Assembly (NCBI RefSeq): GCF_004010195.1
Contig: NC_057719.1
Coordinates: 84,694,833-84,735,512, forward strand
Direction: 5' to 3'
From: Chiloscyllium plagiosum
Lineage: Eukaryota
DNA: 40,680 nucleotides
Shown here: in pieces, positions 35,901-40,680 of the stretch
Numbering within the stretch: the stretch's first letter is position 1
How the letters are laid out: the number at the start of each line of letters is the position of its first letter
Translations under genes and position numbers: made by a program
The notes under the pieces: generated by a model
Database searches by the model: none
Seen by the model: the letters and a program-made list of their open reading frames with translations, nothing else
What the model was told of the DNA's origin: nothing

Positions 35901-36224
35901 ACTTCATGTGGGAATCAAAGGCAAAGGGAGCTTGGAAGACTTGCAAGATAAGTTTCAGGAGCTAGGAAATAGGTTGAAATGCAGGACCTCCTGGCTAGTA
36001 ATCTCAGAAATACAATCTGTGCCATGAGTTTTACCATTTAGGCAAAGGCAAATCAGGAAAGGAAATGCGTGGTTTGTGGGATGGTGTAGAATGGAGGGGT
36101 TTAGACTTTTGGGACATTGGGATCATGTTGGGAAAGGAGAAAACTGTTTAAAAGAGATGGTCTTTACCTGACTTCAGGCTGAGAGAGTAAATAGTATATT
36201 GTCAGTTGATTTAAACTTGTAAGG

Positions 36225-36418
36225 CAGACAGTAGTAAGGGTATGGAATGCTTTGCCTGCAACGGTAGTAGATTTGCCAAGTTTAAGTGCATTTAAGTCGT
36301 CATTGGATAGGCATATATGGACGTACATGGAATAGTGTAGGTGGGATGGGCTTCAGATTAGTATGACAGGGCGGTGCAACATCGAGGGCCGAAGGGCCTG
36401 TACTGCGCTGTAGTGTTC
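36225..36418 (+). mobile_element. Young CR1-type LINE 3' end
   Basis: VVRVWNALP motif; tail GGGCCGAAGGGCCTGTACTGCGCTGTA; short TAAGG direct repeat on the flanks. Confidence 0.8.
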
Positions 36419-37053
36419 TAAGGTGGGGTGATTAATGAGCTTTGTATTGGAAAGATCAACAAGGACAAAAAAGAAAAAAAATGGGGAACTGAGAAAAGGA
36501 AGGGAGGGAAGGCTTGACGTGAAGCAATGAAACCCTCCCTCATCAAGAGAGATAATGGCAGGGTTAAATTGTATGTATGTAAATGCTCTAATATGGTGAA
36601 CATAAATAGGAAAATGGAAGCAGAAATTGCTGTCTGTGGATATTACATAGTAGCACTGACAAGACATGGCTCAAGCCAGATCAGGAACACAGATGTAGCA
36701 TCCCAGATTATAAGACTTTTCATATAAAGGTTAAGTAAAAAAGGAATTGTAGCATTCTTGGTCAATGATGTAATTATAGCCCTTGAACAAGATGCAATTC
36801 CTGAATTACAATCTATACAGTTGGAAGTGAGAAATAGGAAGGGAGAAGTAGCCTTGTTAGGTACTTACTATAGACATCCACGCAATGGTGAGGAAGTAAA
36901 AGAGAGCATTTGTAGGCAGATTATGGGAATTTGCCGGATTCTAATATTTGGTGATTTCAATTACCCTAGGGTTGACTGCAAAAATGGTAGTGTGTGGAGA
37001 ATTGAAAGGGAGAAATTCTTGCAATATATGTGCAGAAGAACAGTACTTTCCCG

Positions 37054-37262
37054 AAGTTAAAAATCGCACAGCAGCAGGTTATAGTCCAACAGGTTTATTT
37101 GGAAGCACCAGCTTTCGGAGCACTGGTCCTTCATCACAATCACCTGATGAAGGAGCAGCACTCCAAAAGCTCGTGCTTCTAAATAAACCTGTTGGACTAT
37201 AACAGGATGTTGTGTGATTTTTAAACTTTGTACACCCCAGTCCAACTCCAGCATCTCCAAAT
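37054..37262 (+). mobile_element. Palindromic Penelope-derived mini-element with two degenerate hammerhead motifs
   Basis: Inverted arms 37054-37136 and 37145-37228, 34-nt tail, imperfect TSD CAGTACT(C)TTCC. Confidence 0.8.
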
Positions 37263-37775
37263 CAGTACTCTTCCAGTCCTGCGAGGGAGGAAACTGGCTG
37301 GATCTGGTCCTAGGAAATAAGGAACACCAAGAGAAGAACAACGGCATGGGTGACTGTTTGAGAAATTGTAATGATAATATAATAGATTTCAATGTTAAGT
37401 TAGAATAAAAATCAGTCAGGGATTAAGATCCCATTGGGAAAAGAGCAGATTTTAGGGGTCTGAAAGCTGAATTGAAGCAGGTTGATTGGAAACACATTTT
37501 AGTAGATAAAACAACAGAAGAAAACTGAGAGACTTTCAGAAGAGAGAAGAGTAGGATGCAAGCTAGGTCCATGCTCACGAGAAATAAATGCAGAGTATCC
37601 AAAACTAGAGTAGCTTGGATGACTGAGGAAATTGAAGAAAAAATAAGGGAGAAAAGGCAGGAAATGATGCAATAGAAATCAAGAATATCATCTCAAATTG
37701 CAAGAGAGAGGCAGAGGCTGAAATAAGGAGGACAAAGAAGAAGCATGAGGAAAGGATAGCAGGCTGCACTAAAAT

Positions 37776-38073
37776 GGGTGGCACAATGGCTCAGTGGTTA
37801 GCACTGCTGCCTCAGAGTAAGGGTTCAGTTCCAGCCTCTAGCAAATGTCATAATGGAATTTGCACATTCTCCCCATGTCTGCATAGGTCCCCTCTCGTGC
37901 TCTGGTTTCCTTCCACAATACAAAGATGTGCAGGTTAAGTGGATTGGCCACGGGAAATGCAAGGTTACAGGAACAGAGTAGGGATGGAATGGGTCTGGTA
38001 GGATGCTGTTCAGAGGGGTGGTATAGAATTGATGGGCCAAATGATCTGCTTCCATATTGTAGGGATTCTATGA
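37776..38073 (+). mobile_element. HE1-type SINE
   Basis: GGCACAATGGCTCAGTGGTTAGCAC head, conserved core, tail GGGATTCTATGAT. Confidence 0.88.
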
Positions 38074-40481
38074 TAATAAAACATTCTTCAAACACATAAT
38101 CCTTCGATACTTGTTTTACTATTAGAGTGGGAGCCATTAGGAAAATGCAGGATAAACTACTCTCTAAAGCCAAGGGTATGGTAGAGATATTAAATGAATA
38201 CATTGCTTGTCTTTACCAAACTGGAAGATGGCAACAATGTCACAATTGAAAATGTGGGTGTTGAGCAACTGAACAGTAAAGGGAGTGCTAAAAAGGCTGG
38301 CAGCTCCAGATAGAGAAGTCGCCAGGCCTAGATGGGATGGATCCTAGATTACTAAGAAAGGAGCAAATTGTGGAGCCATTCACAGAAATTCTCCAGGCCT
38401 GTCTGAATACAGGAATAGTCTGCAGGGACTGATTGATTGCAAATGTGATATTGTTTAAGAAAGGGGTAAAGGATAACTCAGGAAACTAAAGACCTGTCAG
38501 CTCGACATCAATAGTGGGGAAAACCAATGGAGGCCATAATACAAGAAAAGATAAATATATACTGAAGAGAAAAATAAGCTAATACTTGACAGTCAGCATG
38601 ATTTTGTCAAGGGTATGTCATGTCTGACAAATTTAAATGAATTATTTGATGAGGTAATGCTGGCAATGAATGAGGGTAGTTGGACATTTGATGTTTCAGA
38701 AAGCATTTGATATGGTGCCAATGACAGGTCGGTCAGCAAATTAGAAATGTGTGGGATTGATGGGTTCATGACAGCACAGATTAGAAATTGGCTCAAAGGG
38801 CAGATTTCAGATTGGAATAAGTTGAAAGTGGTGTTCCTCAGGGATTGGTTTTGGGAACCTTGTTTTTCTGGTTTATTTAACTGATTAGGAGATGGGTGTT
38901 GAGGGCAAAATCTCTAAATTTGCAAATAATACTAAACTAGTGAGATTAAAGAGTTGTGAAAATGATGCTGAGCCAAGTTCTGCAAATGAACAGGTACTTG
39001 ACAGATGAATTTCAATGCAGAGAAATGTGAAGTAATGCATTTTGGTAGAACAAACATGAGACAATAGAGTGCATAGTATAAGAGGAGTACAGGAACCGAC
39101 GGACCTTGGGGTTCAAGTGCATAGGTGGTCAGGCAAGTGAAACAGTTGTGAAGACGGTGTCTAAGATGTTTGGGTTGATAAATAGTGGAATAGAGTATAA
39201 AGTGTTACACCTCTACAAATCATTGATCAGACCAATTGTGTTCAATTCTAGGCAGCTTATTTAAGGATGGATGTTAAAGCCCTGAAGAGAGGGAATTTTC
39301 TAGAATGAAGTCAGGAATGAGGGATTTTAGATACAAGGAAAGATTAGAGAAATTGGAATTATTCTCCTTGGAGCCGAGAGATTAAGTGGTGCTTTTATTG
39401 AGATGTTCAAAATTATGAACAATTTTGGCAAGGTAAAGGAGGATATTTTGTTTCCACTAGTTAATATGTCAGTAACTAGGAGTCTCATTGTCAAGACTGT
39501 CAGCAAGAGAACTAAGAGTGAAATGAGGAGAAATGTCTCTACTCAGAGTTGCTAGGATTTGGAATGCACTGCCTGGTAGAGTGATGGAGGCAGATTCCAC
39601 AGGAGGTTTCAAACAAGAGCTGGATATATATCTGAAAGTGAAGAATTTACAGGACTGCAGAGATAGGGCTGGAGAATAGGACTGCTTGGGTAGCTCTTTT
39701 AAGAGCCATTACAGACACACTGGGCCAAATGTGGACCCTTTCTATACTGTAAAATTCTATTTGTAGCAAGTGATTAGGAAGTCGAATTAAATGTTAGTCC
39801 TTACTGCAAATGGGATGGAGTATAAAAGTTGGGAAATCTTGTTACAACTGTACCAACCATTGAGATTGCACCTCGAACACTGCAGTTTTGGCTTCCTTCT
39901 TTAAAGGAAGGATATACTTGCGTTGAAATCATTTTAGAGAAGTTTTAAGGTGATGCAGGTGTTTCCATTGAGGAAAGGGTGAACATATTCATTGAAGTGT
40001 TTCGGAATAAGAGATAATCTACTGAAATGTATATTATTGAAAGGATTTGATATGATTGGTGCTGAGATGCAGCCACCCATGACAGATTCTGAAATCAGGG
40101 ACAAAGATTCAAAGTGAGGGGTCTCCCATTTAAGACAGAAGAAATCCTTCACTTCTATCAGAAAGACATTAATCTTCAGCATTCACAACCTACACTAGCA
40201 GCCAATATTGAATTTTTAAAATATATTCATGCCTGAATACACACATTTTCTCTGGCAACCCATTCTATATACACATCACTCTCGAGGTTCATAGTATCAT
40301 CTGATGAGACTATGAAGGCAAGGATACTACAATGGAAAAATGGTGAGTTTATCTTTTCATGCATCCTTTATATTGATTTGCAAGTCTGCAGTGCTCAATT
40401 ATGATAGCACTTCCCATTTTCTACAGTCTATTTTCTTTTTTATCTTGGTCTGTTTTAAGCATCTGTATTAAGAACATAAAC

Positions 40482-40680
40482 AGGAGAAAAAGTGAGGGCT
40501 GCAGATGCTGGAGATCAGAGCTGAAAATGTGTTGCTGGAAAAGCGCAGCAGGTCAGGCAGCATCCAAGGAACAGGAGAATCGACGTTTCGGGCATAAGCC
40601 CTTCTTCAGGAATGAGGAAAGTGTGTCCAGCAGGCTAAGATAAAAGGTAGGGAGGAGGGACTTGGGGGAGGGGCTTTGGA
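40482..40680 (-). mobile_element. Penelope pLTR 3' end, continuing beyond the window
   Basis: Reverse-complement homolog of 34800-34928 and 17230-17419. Confidence 0.85.
40577..40613 (-). ncRNA. Minimal type I hammerhead ribozyme motif
   Basis: Minus strand CTGAAGA-A-GGGC-TTAT-GCCC-GAAA-CGTC; fits the CUGANGA/GAAA core. Confidence 0.7.

Larger units (their letters stand above)
35215..39760 (+). mobile_element. Near full-length, dead CR1 LINE (ORF1 zinc-finger/esterase; ORF2 endonuclease-RT)
   Basis: ORF1-like CGM...SCMK and VVVGGDSIV...LVCCL (35665-35755). ORF2-like YYRHP, ILIFGDFNYP, LDLVLGN, QHDFVKGMSCLTNL, GVPQG. 3'UTR ends ctgtaaaattctat. Confidence 0.85.

Noticed and set aside
37054..37228. 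miRNA precursor, CRISPR-like repeat or DNA-transposon MITE interpretation of the hairpins
   Set aside because: Dispersed copies with an asymmetric tail, variable 9-12-bp TSDs and hammerhead cores fit a Penelope origin better; there is no repeat-spacer array.
37776..37840. tRNA gene-like A/B boxes
   Set aside because: These are SINE heads followed by core and tail; no complete cloverleaf.
25476..40680. Expected neighbouring gene (RAD51 in mammals) or a CpG-island promoter
   Set aside because: No exon-like matches or CpG-rich stretch recognised.

Overview
Vertebrate genomic DNA, inferred to be from an elasmobranch (shark) because of its HE1-type SINEs, HER1/CR1 LINEs and Penelope elements. 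The only host gene I can support is the 3' end of KNL1/CASC5 on the + strand. It has six GT-AG coding exons (4869-24903) that splice in frame into about 215 aa resembling the C-terminal tandem RWD domain; the ORF track misses most of them. The rest is intron, 3'UTR and intergenic DNA, largely transposon-derived: CR1 LINEs (one near full length), a Rex1/Babar LINE, L2/Crack-like LINEs, SINEs and solo LTRs. The most notable signal is a set of Penelope-like insertions sharing one architecture: TSD, inverted arm, direct arm, ~34-nt unpaired tail, TSD. They carry minimal hammerhead ribozyme motifs, and some are ~200-bp non-coding palindromes with a hammerhead remnant on each strand. A 551-nt N gap (16426-16976) lies inside the largest one. 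Family names come from pattern recognition, not database searches, and repeat boundaries are approximate.
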